The notes beneath the pieces were generated by a model. The model had not been told where the DNA came from. It searched no databases and worked only from the letters and a program-made list of their open reading frames with translations. Positions 10,911 through 21,542 of a stretch of DNA of 64,000 nucleotides are shown piece after piece. Origin of the DNA: Pseudomonadota bacterium (GTDB taxonomy: Bacteria; Pseudomonadota; Gammaproteobacteria; QQUJ01); contig QQUJ01000018.1 of NCBI GenBank assembly GCA_008501635.1, positions 248,680-312,679 of the forward strand. Direction: 5' to 3'. A program made the translations under genes and the position numbers. Each line of letters begins with the position of its first letter. Within the stretch, counting starts at the first letter, position 1.

Positions 10911-13900
10911 GTGCACAATCCCAAGCAAGAAAAGCAGGAAACCCTCGAGCGCGTTGTTGAACTGGTACGCAAACGCTTCAAGGGTGAGCAGGCCGCACAG
11001 ATCGCGGCGTTTCTGGCCCACTACTATGCGAAGACGCCACCCGAAGATCTCCGGTTGTGGCGTGATCAGGATCTTTATGGTGCTGCCATCGCACAGTGGA
11101 ATCAGCTGCAGCGACGCGCATCGGGTTCCCATCTCATCAACGTCTACAATCCAGATTTCGAGGAGCACGGTTGGGAGTCGACCCATACCATCGTCGAGCT
11201 GGTCCTCGAGGACATGCCGTTTCTGGTCGACTCGGTCAGCATGGAGCTGGCGCGTCATGGGCTGACCATACATCTGATCATTCATCCCGTGATCTCGGTT
11301 CGCCGCGACAGGGCGGGTCACCTGCTCGCAGTCGTCGGCAGCGACGACGAAAATGCGGTCCGCGAATCCATCATGCACTTCGAGATCGATCGACAGACCG
11401 ATCGTGCCGTGCTTAAAACGGTGCGTAAAGAGCTGGGCAGGGTGCTGATGGAGGTGCGTGCAGCCGTCGAAGATCAGCATACCATGCGGGCAAAAATGGC
11501 CGAGATCGTCGACGAGCTGGAAAGCAACCCGCCGCCCCTCGATGCCGACGCGGTTGAAGAGGACAAAGCGTTCTTGCGCTGGGCGATCGATGAACACTTT
11601 ACGTATCTCGGTTACCGCGCTTACGACCTGATTCGAGGTAAGGGCGAAGATGCGCTCAAGGGTGTCGGCAGTTCGGGAATCGGGATATTGCGTGCTTCGC
11701 AGTCGGGCGCTTCACGCAGTTTTGCGGTATTGCCGCCGGAGCTGCAGAAGCTGGCTCGTGAGCCGATACTTCTGATTCTTACCAAGAGTAACTCGCGCTC
11801 GCTTGTTCACCGCTCCGCCAACATGGATTACATCGGCATCAAGCGGTTCGGTGCCAAGGGCAAAGTGATTGGAGAACACCGCTTCCTCGGTCTCTACACT
11901 TCGTCGGCCTACAGTCAGTCTCCGCGCCGCATTCCGGTGCTGCGCCACAAGGTTGAGACGGTGCTCAAGAAATCCGGTAGTCCACCGGACAGCCATGATG
12001 GCAAGACCCTGATGCATATTCTTGAGGGGTATCCGCGCGACGAGTTGATCCAGACCCCCGAGGATGAGTTGTTCGAAACCTGCATGGGTATTCTCAATCT
12101 GCAGGAGCGCCAACGGGTGCGCTTGTTTGTGCGTCGCGATCCCTTCGGGCGCTTCGTCTCGTGTCTCGTCTATGTGCCGCGCGACAGCTACAACACCGAG
12201 TTGCGAGTGCGCATGGGCGAAATCCTGAAGCGCGCCCTCGGCGGCACCGATATCGAGTTTACCGTGCAGATCTCCGACTTGATGTTGGCGCGCGTGCACT
12301 TTATCGTGCGCACCGCGCCGGGGCAGATCCCCGAATTCGATGTGGCAGAGCTGGAAGCCGATCTCGTCGAAGCCACCCGCAGTTGGCAGGATATGCTATT
12401 TCGCACACTCATCGAGCATTACGGCGAGGAAAAAGGGAATCGACTGCATCAGAAGTATCGCATGGCCTTTCCGGCGGGGTATCGCGAGTACTTCACGTCG
12501 CGAACCGCAGTCTACGATATCGAGCATATCGAACGACTCGATGACGAGAAGAGCCTGGAGATGTTGCTCTATCGACCGCTGGAAGCTCCCAGTGGAGCGT
12601 TGCGCTTCAAGCTCTATCGACGCGGTGAGCCGATCTTCCTCTCCAAGACGCTTCCGATGCTGGAAAACATGGGGGTTGAGGTTGTGTTCGAGCACCCCTA
12701 CCAGGTACAGCCGGAAGGCGAGGGTGCGGTATGGATACACAACTTCGGCCTCCAGCATGCCGCCGAGCTGGAGTTTGCCGCCGAGGAGATCAAAGGCATT
12801 TTCCAGGATGCCTTCGCTCGGGTGTGGCTGGGAGATGTGGAGAACGATGCTTTCAATCGCCTGGTGCTGAGCGCCCAACTCGACTGGCGCGAATCCACGC
12901 TGCTGCGTGCCTACACGCGCTACCTGCGGCAGGTCAGCGCGAATTTCAGTGAGAGCTATATCGCGGCAACCCTCGAAGCGAATGCCGGTATCGCGCGGCG
13001 GCTGGTACAGTTGTTTCATGTGCGCTTCGATCCGCACAAGCGCAAGGGGGCGGAGGAGCGTGCCAATAAGCTGATCGAGCAGATCAACACCGCGATTGAT
13101 TCGGTGAGCAGTCTCGATGAGGATCGCATTCTACGACGCGTGCTCGCGGCAATGCAGGCGACCCTGCGCACCAACTACTACCAACATCTGCGCAAGGGCG
13201 TTCCCAAGTCCTATATCTCGTTCAAATTCAGTCCCAAAGAAATACCCGACATGCCGGCGCCCAAGCCGGCTTACGAGATCTTTGTCTACTCACCGCGAAC
13301 CGAAGGTGTGCATCTGCGCGGCGGCAAGGTGGCGCGCGGCGGCTTGCGCTGGTCGGACCGACGCGAAGATTTCCGCACCGAGGTCCTCGGTTTGCTAAAA
13401 AGCCAATTGGTGAAGAATGCGGTGATCGTTCCGGTTGGGGCCAAGGGCGGTTTTGTGGTCAAACAGCCGCCGGTGGAAGGTGGGCGCGAGGCGCTGCAGG
13501 AGGAGGTGAAGTTCTGCTACCGCAGTTTCATCCGCGGCCTGCTCGACGTTACCGACAACCTGGTGGGCGGAAAGGTGGTAGCGCCGCAGGATGTCGTACG
13601 TCACGATGATGATGATCCCTATCTGGTGGTGGCGGCGGACAAGGGCACGGCTACCTTCTCCGATCTTGCCAATGAGGTAGCGGGCGAGTACGGGTTCTGG
13701 CTGGGTGATGCGTTTGCCTCGGGCGGTTCGGCCGGCTACGACCACAAAAAACTGGGCATTACGGCGCGTGGCGCGTGGGAATCGGTGAAACTCCAGTTTG
13801 CCGAAATGGGTCTCGATATGGTCAACCAAACCTTCACGGTCGTCGGCATCGGCGATATGGCTGGAGATGTGTTCGGCAACGGTCTGCTCTACTCGCGCAA

Positions 13901-15752
13901 CACCAAGTTGGTTGCTGCCTTCAATCATCTGCATATCTTTATCGATCCTGATCCCGATCCGGAGACGAGTTTCAAAGAGCGCGAGCGCCTGTTCCAACTG
14001 CCGCACTCGACCTGGGAGGACTATGACCGTACGGTGCTCTCACCAGGTGGTGGGATTTTCTCGAGGCGCGACAAGAGCATCCTGCTCAGTCCGGAAGTAC
14101 AGCGTTTGATCAATGTCAGCGAGGCGCGGCTGGCACCCAACGAATTGATCCGCGCCATTCTGCGCATGTCCTCGGATCTGTTGTGGAGTGGTGGCATCGG
14201 CACCTTCGTCAAGGCCAGCCATGAGAGCCATGCCGATGTCGGCGATCGCGCCAATGATGCGATACGTGTCGATGGACGTGAACTGGGTTGTGCGGCCGTC
14301 GGCGAAGGCGGCAACCTGGGTCTGACGCAGCTGGGGCGCATCGAATACGCTGCCCGTGGGGGACGGGTCAACACCGATTTCGTCGACAATTCGGGTGGTG
14401 TGGACTGTTCCGACCACGAGGTCAACATCAAGATCCTGCTCGACAACGTGGTGGCCAACGGCGATATGACCCTCAAACAGCGCAACCAGCTGATGGCCAG
14501 GATGGCCGACGAGGTGTCCGATCATGTACTGGAACATAACCGCCACCGCGCGCAGGCGATCAGCATGATCGAGGTGCAGGCGTTTCAGTTGCTCGACGAG
14601 CAGAGCCGTTTCATGCATGCCCTCGAACGCGAAGGACTGCTCGATCGCGCCCTGGAGTTCCTGCCCAACGATGAGGTCCTGGCGGAACGGCAAACGGAAG
14701 GTCGGGGCCTGTTGCGACCGGAAATTTCGGTACTGCTTGCCTACTCGGCTATCGTGCTCTATCAGCAACTGTTGGCCAGCGACATCGCCGATGATCCTTT
14801 CTTTGTCCATGAGCTGCGCGACTATTTTCCACAACCGCTGCGTGAACGGTTCGCCGAGGAGATGATGAGTCATCGGCTGCATCGCGAAATCATAACCACC
14901 CAGGTGACCAACAGTATGGTCAACCGCGTCGGCATTACCTTTATCCACCGCCTGCGCGAGGAGACGGGTGCCGAGCCGGGCGATATTGCGCGTTCCTACA
15001 CGGCCGCGCGCGAGGTGTTCGCGGTACGAAACCTTTGGAATCAGATCGAGGCTCAGCAAAGTGGTGTTGCCGCACCATTGGTGATACAGATGTTTCTGGA
15101 GTGCGGTCAATTGGTGGAGCAGGCGACACGCTGGTTCCTGCGCCGTTTGCGGCAGCCGTTGGCGATCGATGAAACGGTGGCGCGTTTTTCCGCCGGTGCC
15201 CAGGCGCTTGCTCAGGTGCTCCCGGGAGTGGTCGTGGACGTCGATCGCGAGGAGTTGGAGCAAGCGGCGCTTGAATACACGACCGGGGGTGCGGATGAGT
15301 CGCTGGCCAGGCAACTGGCGTCGCTGCGCATGCTCTATGCCGCGCTCGATGTCGTGGAAGTGAGCGAGACGAGCGGATATTCCATCCAGGATGTGGCCTA
15401 TGTTTACTTCCATCTCGGTGATCGTCTGGGTCTGCATTGGCTGCGCGATCAGATTGCCTCGCTCAGCACCGCGAACCACTGGCAGGCAATGGCCTGCTCT
15501 GCGCTGCACGATGATGTCACCACCAAGCAGGGGGCACTGGTCGCGAGCATCCTGCGCCAAGCCAAGCGCAGCAAAAAGATCGATCTGCTGATCGAGAACT
15601 GGCTGGTGGACAACGAGGCGGCGACGCGACGCTGGCAGCGCATCCTGGCCGATTTGCACACCGCTGGCAGTCCCGATCTTGCAATGCTCTCGGTTGCGGT
15701 ACGTGAAGTGCGCGATCTCGCCCAAGCCAGTGCTCAGGTGACGACGAAGTGA
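10911..15752 (+). CDS. gdhB: NAD-specific glutamate dehydrogenase, large (~180 kDa) Bac_GDH family
   Basis: 1613 aa. Its length and domain order match Pseudomonas GdhB, and it has the central GDH catalytic core (GGLRWSDRREDFRTEVLGL..., GGSAGYDHKKLGITARGAWE). It uses a GTG start after an AGGAG Shine-Dalgarno and sits only 58 nt after the aceE/aceF chimera. Confidence 0.85.
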   Translation: MHNPKQEKQETLERVVELVRKRFKGEQAAQIAAFLAHYYAKTPPEDLRLWRDQDLYGAAIAQWNQLQRRASGSHLINVYNPDFEEHGWESTHTIVELVLEDMPFLVDSVSMELARHGLTIHLIIHPVISVRRDRAGHLLAVVGSDDENAVRESIMHFEIDRQTDRAVLKTVRKELGRVLMEVRAAVEDQHTMRAKMAEIVDELESNPPPLDADAVEEDKAFLRWAIDEHFTYLGYRAYDLIRGKGEDALKGVGSSGIGILRASQSGASRSFAVLPPELQKLAREPILLILTKSNSRSLVHRSANMDYIGIKRFGAKGKVIGEHRFLGLYTSSAYSQSPRRIPVLRHKVETVLKKSGSPPDSHDGKTLMHILEGYPRDELIQTPEDELFETCMGILNLQERQRVRLFVRRDPFGRFVSCLVYVPRDSYNTELRVRMGEILKRALGGTDIEFTVQISDLMLARVHFIVRTAPGQIPEFDVAELEADLVEATRSWQDMLFRTLIEHYGEEKGNRLHQKYRMAFPAGYREYFTSRTAVYDIEHIERLDDEKSLEMLLYRPLEAPSGALRFKLYRRGEPIFLSKTLPMLENMGVEVVFEHPYQVQPEGEGAVWIHNFGLQHAAELEFAAEEIKGIFQDAFARVWLGDVENDAFNRLVLSAQLDWRESTLLRAYTRYLRQVSANFSESYIAATLEANAGIARRLVQLFHVRFDPHKRKGAEERANKLIEQINTAIDSVSSLDEDRILRRVLAAMQATLRTNYYQHLRKGVPKSYISFKFSPKEIPDMPAPKPAYEIFVYSPRTEGVHLRGGKVARGGLRWSDRREDFRTEVLGLLKSQLVKNAVIVPVGAKGGFVVKQPPVEGGREALQEEVKFCYRSFIRGLLDVTDNLVGGKVVAPQDVVRHDDDDPYLVVAADKGTATFSDLANEVAGEYGFWLGDAFASGGSAGYDHKKLGITARGAWESVKLQFAEMGLDMVNQTFTVVGIGDMAGDVFGNGLLYSRNTKLVAAFNHLHIFIDPDPDPETSFKERERLFQLPHSTWEDYDRTVLSPGGGIFSRRDKSILLSPEVQRLINVSEARLAPNELIRAILRMSSDLLWSGGIGTFVKASHESHADVGDRANDAIRVDGRELGCAAVGEGGNLGLTQLGRIEYAARGGRVNTDFVDNSGGVDCSDHEVNIKILLDNVVANGDMTLKQRNQLMARMADEVSDHVLEHNRHRAQAISMIEVQAFQLLDEQSRFMHALEREGLLDRALEFLPNDEVLAERQTEGRGLLRPEISVLLAYSAIVLYQQLLASDIADDPFFVHELRDYFPQPLRERFAEEMMSHRLHREIITTQVTNSMVNRVGITFIHRLREETGAEPGDIARSYTAAREVFAVRNLWNQIEAQQSGVAAPLVIQMFLECGQLVEQATRWFLRRLRQPLAIDETVARFSAGAQALAQVLPGVVVDVDREELEQAALEYTTGGADESLARQLASLRMLYAALDVVEVSETSGYSIQDVAYVYFHLGDRLGLHWLRDQIASLSTANHWQAMACSALHDDVTTKQGALVASILRQAKRSKKIDLLIENWLVDNEAATRRWQRILADLHTAGSPDLAMLSVAVREVRDLAQASAQVTTK

Positions 15753-15807
15753 GGCGACCCCGTGGCAGGCGCTAACCCTTGCATAGCGTTGGATTCGGTC
15801 AACGGGC

Positions 15808-16599
15808 ATGATTGAAACTGTCGAACTGTCGACACGAGTATCGGGTAGCGGCGAGCCCCTCGTCATTGCGCACGGGCTTTTTGGTTCCAGCCGCAACTGG
15901 TCAGCGCTCGCCCAATCGCTGAGCGAGAACTACCAGGTGTGGTGTGTCGACCAGCGCAATCATGGCGAGTCCCCGCACGCTGAGACGATGGGCTATCCGG
16001 AGATGGCAGCCGATCTGCTGGCGCTGTTGGATCGCGAAGGTTTGGAGCGGGTCCATCTCATCGGCCACAGCATGGGCGGCAAGACCGCCATGTGGTTCGC
16101 ATTGCACCATCCGCGACGGGTGAAACGGTTAATGGTGGTCGACATCGCACCGGTCAGCTATCGCCACGATTACGAAGGCATGGTTGCGGCTATGAGGGGG
16201 ATCGATTTCTCCCTCCTCGGGCGCCGGGACCAGGTCGATGCGGCACTGCGCGCCGTGGTGGCGGAGCCCGGTGTTCGGCAGTTTTTGCTGACCAACCTGG
16301 TAAATCGAGAAGGACAGTTCCAGTGGCGCGTCAACCTCGCGGCCATCGGGGCGGCCCTGCCCGCACTGACCGCTTTTCCGGACGTCAACGCTGGGATTTG
16401 CTATGACGGGCCGACGCTCTTGCTCGGCGGAGCCAACTCGCCGTATCTGCGCAGTGAACACGAGCCGCGCATCTTTCGTCTCTTCCCCAATGCCGAAATC
16501 GTGCATCTGCCCGCAACCGGACATTGGGTGCATGCCGAGCGACCGCAGGAGTTCCTGCGGATCGCACAGCGCTTTTTTGCAGGAGAGGCTTGCAGCTAA
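15808..16599 (+). CDS. alpha/beta-hydrolase fold esterase (YbfF-like)
   Basis: GHSMGG nucleophile elbow with HG and His motifs, 263 aa. Confidence 0.7.
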   Translation: MIETVELSTRVSGSGEPLVIAHGLFGSSRNWSALAQSLSENYQVWCVDQRNHGESPHAETMGYPEMAADLLALLDREGLERVHLIGHSMGGKTAMWFALHHPRRVKRLMVVDIAPVSYRHDYEGMVAAMRGIDFSLLGRRDQVDAALRAVVAEPGVRQFLLTNLVNREGQFQWRVNLAAIGAALPALTAFPDVNAGICYDGPTLLLGGANSPYLRSEHEPRIFRLFPNAEIVHLPATGHWVHAERPQEFLRIAQRFFAGEACS

Positions 16600-16718
16600 T
16601 ACGCTGAATCCACTGCTGGGTGTTCGGTCACCCCTTATCCTCACCAGCGGGAAACTATTAAGATTCGCCTGCACCCTGCCGATGTAATGGTCAGACTGAA
16701 TCAGGGTGGACGGATCAC

Positions 16719-17594
16719 TTGGTGAAGCACTGGATACGCAGAGGACTGTTGTTGCCGGTACTGTGGATGGCGATTGCCACCACCGTGAATGCGGGTGAGC
16801 GGGTCTATGGTGCAGAGCCCATCGAATCGCAGTGGCAGGTCAGTTCCGACAGCATACAGTGCCGCATGGAGCACCCCATCCCCCAGTTCGGTCAGGCGAG
16901 TTTCGTTCAGGCGCTCGATGCACCGCTGCGTTTCGAACTGGGCAGCCTGCGTCCTCAGCAGGCCGGCCCGGTGGCGTTGCGGGCGATTCCTCCCGAATGG
17001 CGTCCGGGCTTTCCGATCGTTGAATTGGGCGAGACGAGGTTGACGCAGGGGCAGCGCACCCTGCGGATCGACGATCACCGTGCCGAATGGCTGCTTGCCG
17101 AACTTGAAGAGGGGGTTTACCCGGCGATCTTCTTTGCCGAATCCGGCGCGGGGCGTGGTGGGGTTTCGGTGGTGCTTTCCGGTGTCCGCTTTCGTGATGC
17201 CCTCGACACCTTCCTGGAGTGCCGGTCGAAATTGTTGAATGTGGATGTGGCCGCACTTCGCAACCGTACGCTGCGATTTGACACCAACAAGAGCAGAATC
17301 GGCGACAGTGATCGCGAGGCTCTGCGTGAGCTGGCCCGTTTTGCGAGTAGTGGTGACGTCAGACGCCGAAAAGTGATTATCGAAGCCCATGCCGATGCCC
17401 GGGGCAGCACCCGCTACAACGAGAAGCTGTCCCTGCGGCGCGCCGAGGCGGTGCGCGACTTCCTGATCGCCCAGGGCGTGATGCGCGACCAGATCCAGAT
17501 CAGCGCCCTTGGAGAGCGTAAACCGCTGGCCGACAATCGGTCTTCCGCGGGGCGGACACTGAATCGACGCGCCAGTGTGCGCGTTATCAACTAG
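16719..17594 (+). CDS. motY: flagellar motor T-ring protein MotY (N-terminal MotY domain plus C-terminal OmpA-like peptidoglycan-binding domain)
   Basis: A signal peptide, then WQVSSDSIQCRMEHPIPQFGQASF...PEWRPGF matching the Vibrio/Pseudomonas MotY N-domain. The C-terminal OmpA_C motif is TRYNEKLSLRRAEAV. It uses a TTG start and lies adjacent to argG as in Pseudomonas. Confidence 0.7.
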   Translation: MVKHWIRRGLLLPVLWMAIATTVNAGERVYGAEPIESQWQVSSDSIQCRMEHPIPQFGQASFVQALDAPLRFELGSLRPQQAGPVALRAIPPEWRPGFPIVELGETRLTQGQRTLRIDDHRAEWLLAELEEGVYPAIFFAESGAGRGGVSVVLSGVRFRDALDTFLECRSKLLNVDVAALRNRTLRFDTNKSRIGDSDREALRELARFASSGDVRRRKVIIEAHADARGSTRYNEKLSLRRAEAVRDFLIAQGVMRDQIQISALGERKPLADNRSSAGRTLNRRASVRVIN

Positions 17595-17629
17595 AACCCA
17601 TCTCAAAATCCCCCGCGCGCTGCAGCGAT

Positions 17630-17660
17630 CCCATTTTCGTCAGAAATTTCGGGTATAATT
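17630..17660 (+). promoter_or_regulatory. candidate argG promoter: a perfect TATAAT at 17654-17659 with a weak -35. A GAAATTTC palindrome sits just upstream.
   Basis: Sequence inspection only; it lies ~80 nt upstream of the argG ATG. Confidence 0.3.
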
Positions 17661-17736
17661 CCCCGCCTGTTGGCGCGCGCGTCATCGCTGTGCGGTGTCC
17701 GACTTTGAATCCCATCGCGGTTTTGGAGCAACTTCC

Positions 17737-18954
17737 ATGTCTGGCGTTAAAAAGGTGGTTTTGGCCTATTCCGGGGGTCTGGATACCTCGGTAATCCTCA
17801 AGTGGCTGCAAGATGTCTACGGTTGCGAGGTGGTGACTTTTACCGCCGACATCGGCCAGGGCGAAGAGCTCGAACCCGCACGTGTCAAGGCCAAGGCCAT
17901 GGGCGTCAAGGAGATCTATATCGATGATCTGCGCGAGGAGTTTGTTGGCGATTTTGTGTATCCCATGTTCCGTGCCAACGCGATCTACGAGGGCGAGTAC
18001 CTGCTCGGCACCTCGATAGCCCGGCCGCTGATTGCCAAACGCCTGGTGGAGATTGCCAACGAGACCGGCGCCGATGCCATCAGCCATGGTGCGACGGGCA
18101 AAGGCAATGATCAGGTTCGTTTTGAACTCGGGGCCTACGCCCTCAAGCCCGATGTCAGGATCATTGCGCCCTGGCGCGAATGGGATTTGCTTTCGCGCGA
18201 GAAGCTGATGGCGTACGCGGAACAGCACGGAATCGCGGTCGATTACGCCAAGAAGGGTAAAAAGTCACCCTACTCGATGGATGCCAATCTGCTGCACATC
18301 TCCTACGAAGGCGGCGTGCTGGAGGATCCCTGGGCTGAACCCGAAGAGGAGATGTGGCGCTGGACCCGCGCACCCGAAGCGGCACCGGACAAGCCGATCT
18401 ATCTCGAACTCACCTATCGTCAGGGCGACATAGTGGCCATCGATGGTGCGGCGATGAGCCCGGCTCAGGTCCTTACAAAGCTCAACCAGATCGGTGGGGA
18501 AAATGGCATCGGTCGACTCGACATTGTCGAGAATCGCTATGTGGGCATGAAGTCGCGCGGCTGCTACGAAACACCCGGCGGCACCATCATGCTGCGTGCC
18601 CATCGCGCCATCGAATCGTTGACACTGGATCGTGAGGTTGCCCACCTCAAGGATGAGTTGATGCCGCGTTATGCAAGTCTGATATACAACGGCTACTGGT
18701 TCAGTCCTGAACGCGAGATGATGCAAAAGATGATCGACGCTTCACAGGCGAGTGTGAACGGTGTGGTGCGCATCAAACTCTATAAGGGCAATGTCGGCGT
18801 CGTCGGTCGCAAATCCGAATCAGACAGCCTCTTCGATGAGAGCATCGCCACCTTCGAGGACGACGCGGGCGCCTATCACCAAGGTGACGCGGAAGGTTTC
18901 ATCAAACTTAACGCACTGCGCATGCGTATCGCCGCAAAGAAACGACCACGATAG
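17737..18954 (+). CDS. argG: argininosuccinate synthase
   Basis: [11 protein letters not shown]-loop at the N-terminus, 405 aa from the ATG that has a GGAG Shine-Dalgarno. The ORF-track start at 17695 is in the upstream leader. Confidence 0.9.
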   Translation: MSGVKKVVLAYSGGLDTSVILKWLQDVYGCEVVTFTADIGQGEELEPARVKAKAMGVKEIYIDDLREEFVGDFVYPMFRANAIYEGEYLLGTSIARPLIAKRLVEIANETGADAISHGATGKGNDQVRFELGAYALKPDVRIIAPWREWDLLSREKLMAYAEQHGIAVDYAKKGKKSPYSMDANLLHISYEGGVLEDPWAEPEEEMWRWTRAPEAAPDKPIYLELTYRQGDIVAIDGAAMSPAQVLTKLNQIGGENGIGRLDIVENRYVGMKSRGCYETPGGTIMLRAHRAIESLTLDREVAHLKDELMPRYASLIYNGYWFSPEREMMQKMIDASQASVNGVVRIKLYKGNVGVVGRKSESDSLFDESIATFEDDAGAYHQGDAEGFIKLNALRMRIAAKKRPR

Positions 18955-19189
18955 TTCTCGCGTTGGCGGGCAAGGTCAACGGCGGGGGGAGTCCAATCCC
19001 CCATGCCAGTGGCCAACCCCACAATCCACCCGTTTTTGAGTTGCCTCAAGGCTGCTACCTTAGTGGCTGTAGAATCCCTTCCCCGTCCTCTGCGCTGACC
19101 AGCATTCGATTTTGATCGCACGGAAAGCGATGGAACTGCACATTGCGTTGCAGCGGTAGTTCAACAAACCACGTGGGGTCGAAACCGGT

Positions 19190-19918
19190 ATGAGTCGAGA
19201 GGATCTGCATCTGCGTCCGGTGGCTGCAACGCTGGATTGCGATCACTGCGCTGTGCGCCGCCGCTGTCTCCCTGCGAGGTTGGAATCGGATGATCTTCGC
19301 GCCTTGAGTGATATCGCAGTACGACACGAACGCAAGCGCAAGGGCACGATGCTCTACCGCCAGGGCGAGGCGTTTCGTTCGCTATACGCCATTCGCTCAG
19401 GATCGGTCAAGACTTACGGGCTGACAGAAGAGGGCGAAGCGCAGATTACCGGGTTTCATCTGACGGGCGAGGTGGTCGGGATGGACGCCATCGGCAGCAC
19501 CCTCCATCCCTGCGCCGCTGAGATGCTTGAGGATACCTGGATCTGCGAGCTGCCCTACGCACAGCTCGCGGAGTTGGGCATACGCTTGCCGAGCCTGCAA
19601 CGTGAATTGATGAGCATCATGGCGCAGGAGATTCGCAATGAGGAGCATGCCCTGATGTTGGTGCGAGGTTTACGTGCCGAGCAGCGCGTCATGCGCTTTA
19701 TCAATAGTCTCTTTGAACGCATGCGCCAGCGCTTGGGCGATATCAACGAGATTCCATTGGTAATGACGCGCGAGGATATCGCCAACTACCTGGGCCTGGC
19801 ACCCGAGACACTGAGCCGGGCGTTGGCGAAATTGCGCGATGATGGCTTGATAAGGGTGAAGTCAAGGAGCATCGAAGTGTTGGACCGCGCGGCGATGCAT
19901 CGCCTTGTGCAGTGTTGA
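19190..19918 (+). CDS. fnr: FNR/Anr-type oxygen-sensing transcription regulator (Crp/Fnr family)
   Basis: N-terminal Cys cluster C17-x2-C20-x5-C26 plus an internal Cys. A cNMP-like domain and a C-terminal HTH (EIANYLGLAPETLSRAL) give a close Anr-like alignment. Confidence 0.85.
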   Translation: MSREDLHLRPVAATLDCDHCAVRRRCLPARLESDDLRALSDIAVRHERKRKGTMLYRQGEAFRSLYAIRSGSVKTYGLTEEGEAQITGFHLTGEVVGMDAIGSTLHPCAAEMLEDTWICELPYAQLAELGIRLPSLQRELMSIMAQEIRNEEHALMLVRGLRAEQRVMRFINSLFERMRQRLGDINEIPLVMTREDIANYLGLAPETLSRALAKLRDDGLIRVKSRSIEVLDRAAMHRLVQC

Positions 19919-19925
19919 ACGACTA

Positions 19926-20564
19926 TCAGTGATAGTCGTTTAGGACTGCCAGGACCTTACGCACATAGTTGCGCGTCTCCCGGTAGGGTGGAATGCCGCG
20001 ATAGCGTTCCACGGCGGAGGGGCCGGCATTGTAGGCAGCCAACGCGAGGCGGGTATTGTGGTCGAAGCGCTCCAGCATTTTACGCAGATACTGCACGCCG
20101 CCGCGAATATTCTCATCGGGATTGAAAATATTGCGCACGCCCAATTCCGAGGCGGTGGTGGGCATGAGCTGCATCAACCCGCTGGCCCCGACACGCGATA
20201 TCGCATCGGGATCGAAGCAGCTCTCAACCGCGATGACAGCTTTGACCAGCGCCGGGTCGACACGCTCAGCAGTGGAGTGTGTCTGAATCAGCGCATGATG
20301 ACGGGCTGCGCGTTCGCGCAGGATGCGATTGTTGACGCCGCGGCAGGAGCGTTCAGCGGTCGGTCTCCCGTAGCGGCCGAGATAAACCAGGGATTCTTTG
20401 CGCAACGGGCGGTCGGTGAACCAGTGCGTACCGTTTTTATCCAGGTACATATAGGGGCGCTTGTCGCCCGCAACCGCGGATATCGGCAACAGTGCAGACA
20501 ACAGGGTAACCATCAGCCCTGCCCGGGCCCAGCGCATATTGAAGCGACCTGTCGTACTTAGCAC
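19926..20564 (-). CDS. lytic transglycosylase (Slt domain) with an N-terminal DUF4124-like motif
   Basis: GLMQLMP and AYNAG motifs are present, along with YMYLDKNGTHWFTDRP (DUF4124-like) and a signal peptide. The start is either the GTG at 20564 or the ATG at 20537. Confidence 0.75.
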   Translation of the reverse strand: MLSTTGRFNMRWARAGLMVTLLSALLPISAVAGDKRPYMYLDKNGTHWFTDRPLRKESLVYLGRYGRPTAERSCRGVNNRILRERAARHHALIQTHSTAERVDPALVKAVIAVESCFDPDAISRVGASGLMQLMPTTASELGVRNIFNPDENIRGGVQYLRKMLERFDHNTRLALAAYNAGPSAVERYRGIPPYRETRNYVRKVLAVLNDYH

Positions 20565-20640
20565 GTAGCCCCCGTCAGTTAACGCCTATCAGTTTGCAGA
20601 AAGTCTCCAGTATTGACAACACCTGCGATCCCACCATTCG

Positions 20641-21173
20641 TCACCCAATCAGTTCCTGGATCTCTGCCGTTGACTCTTGCGTGTGCTGTGCCAGGGTGCG
20701 AACTTCATCGGTAATCACTACAGTCCCGTGGATTACATCGAGAATCGTGCCAGCGCCCTCAGTCTCCGCCTGTAGCTGGTTGATCATCTCGGCGGCCTGA
20801 CTGACTCTACCAGCCAACGTGCGGATCACCTCCGCATTGCTCGACACTACTTGCTGAATGTTCTGCTCCTGCAGATTGGTGTGTTGAGCAGATTCTGCGG
20901 CGCTGGAAGCGTTGTGCGCCACCACCTGAACCGATGCCGATATCTCGTGGACCGCGGTGGCGACTCGATCGGACTCCTGTTGCTGGTGGAAATAAGCGAT
21001 CACACCGTGCGCCGTCTCGACCGCATGACGCACCGCGGTTTGACGATCCTCAAGAACTTGTCGTGCCCGTTTGCGAGAGCAAACCCGCAGGAGCCTGCAA
21101 GCCCGGCCCCGGCAATCAGGAGGATTGGCCAGGTGCGAGGATTGATTTTCCAGGCTTGGGCGAGGTTACGCAT
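20641..21173 (-). pseudogene. methyl-accepting chemotaxis protein relic with internal deletions and a frameshift
   Basis: A 47-codon N-terminal fragment with a TM segment (MRNLAQAWKINPRTWPILLIAGAGLAG..., ATG at 21171-21173) ends in a stop near 21000. A different frame, 20641-21033, encodes only part of the MCP signalling domain (EVRTLAQHTQESTAEIQELI) and lacks the conserved hairpin tip and the C-terminal helices. Confidence 0.6.
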
Positions 21174-21542
21174 GGTCTCTAGTCCAATGGCGCTGGTCTG
21201 TGAATTGAGATGGACTGAGCGTCCGAGCCTGGAACGCCCTTGTGCATTACTGACTTCACCCTGTCAGCAGTGGAACCTGGTATCGGCAGAACAGGGCCAA
21301 ACCTTAGTAGTGTTGCAGCCAGAACCACATACGGCCTGCCCAGTGCGCCCCTGGGGCTCAATACAGCACGCGGAGGATTTTGAGGTAGGTTCTAAATTCA
21401 CTTCGATTCTTTGGGTGGAACAGCGCAGAGACTGGTTCGGCAACTGCCAGAGAATTTCAGGTGGACGCCGCGATAAGGTTTGATAAAAACAGTAACGATG
21501 TATACCGTCTCATTACTTAATCGCCCGACGGAGGCAAACGAC

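Noticed and set aside
14040-15896. 618-aa minus-strand ORF, plus other long ORFs antisense to gdhB (11712-12299, 12396-13037, 13395-14006)
   Set aside because: They lie entirely within and antisense to the strongly supported 1613-aa NAD-GDH gene. They are Arg/Pro/Gly-rich low-complexity products typical of shadow ORFs in GC-rich DNA, with no recognisable domains.
18984-19002. GGGGGA-gtccaa-TCCCCC hairpin after argG
   Set aside because: It has a short stem and no following U-tract, so it is not a convincing intrinsic terminator.
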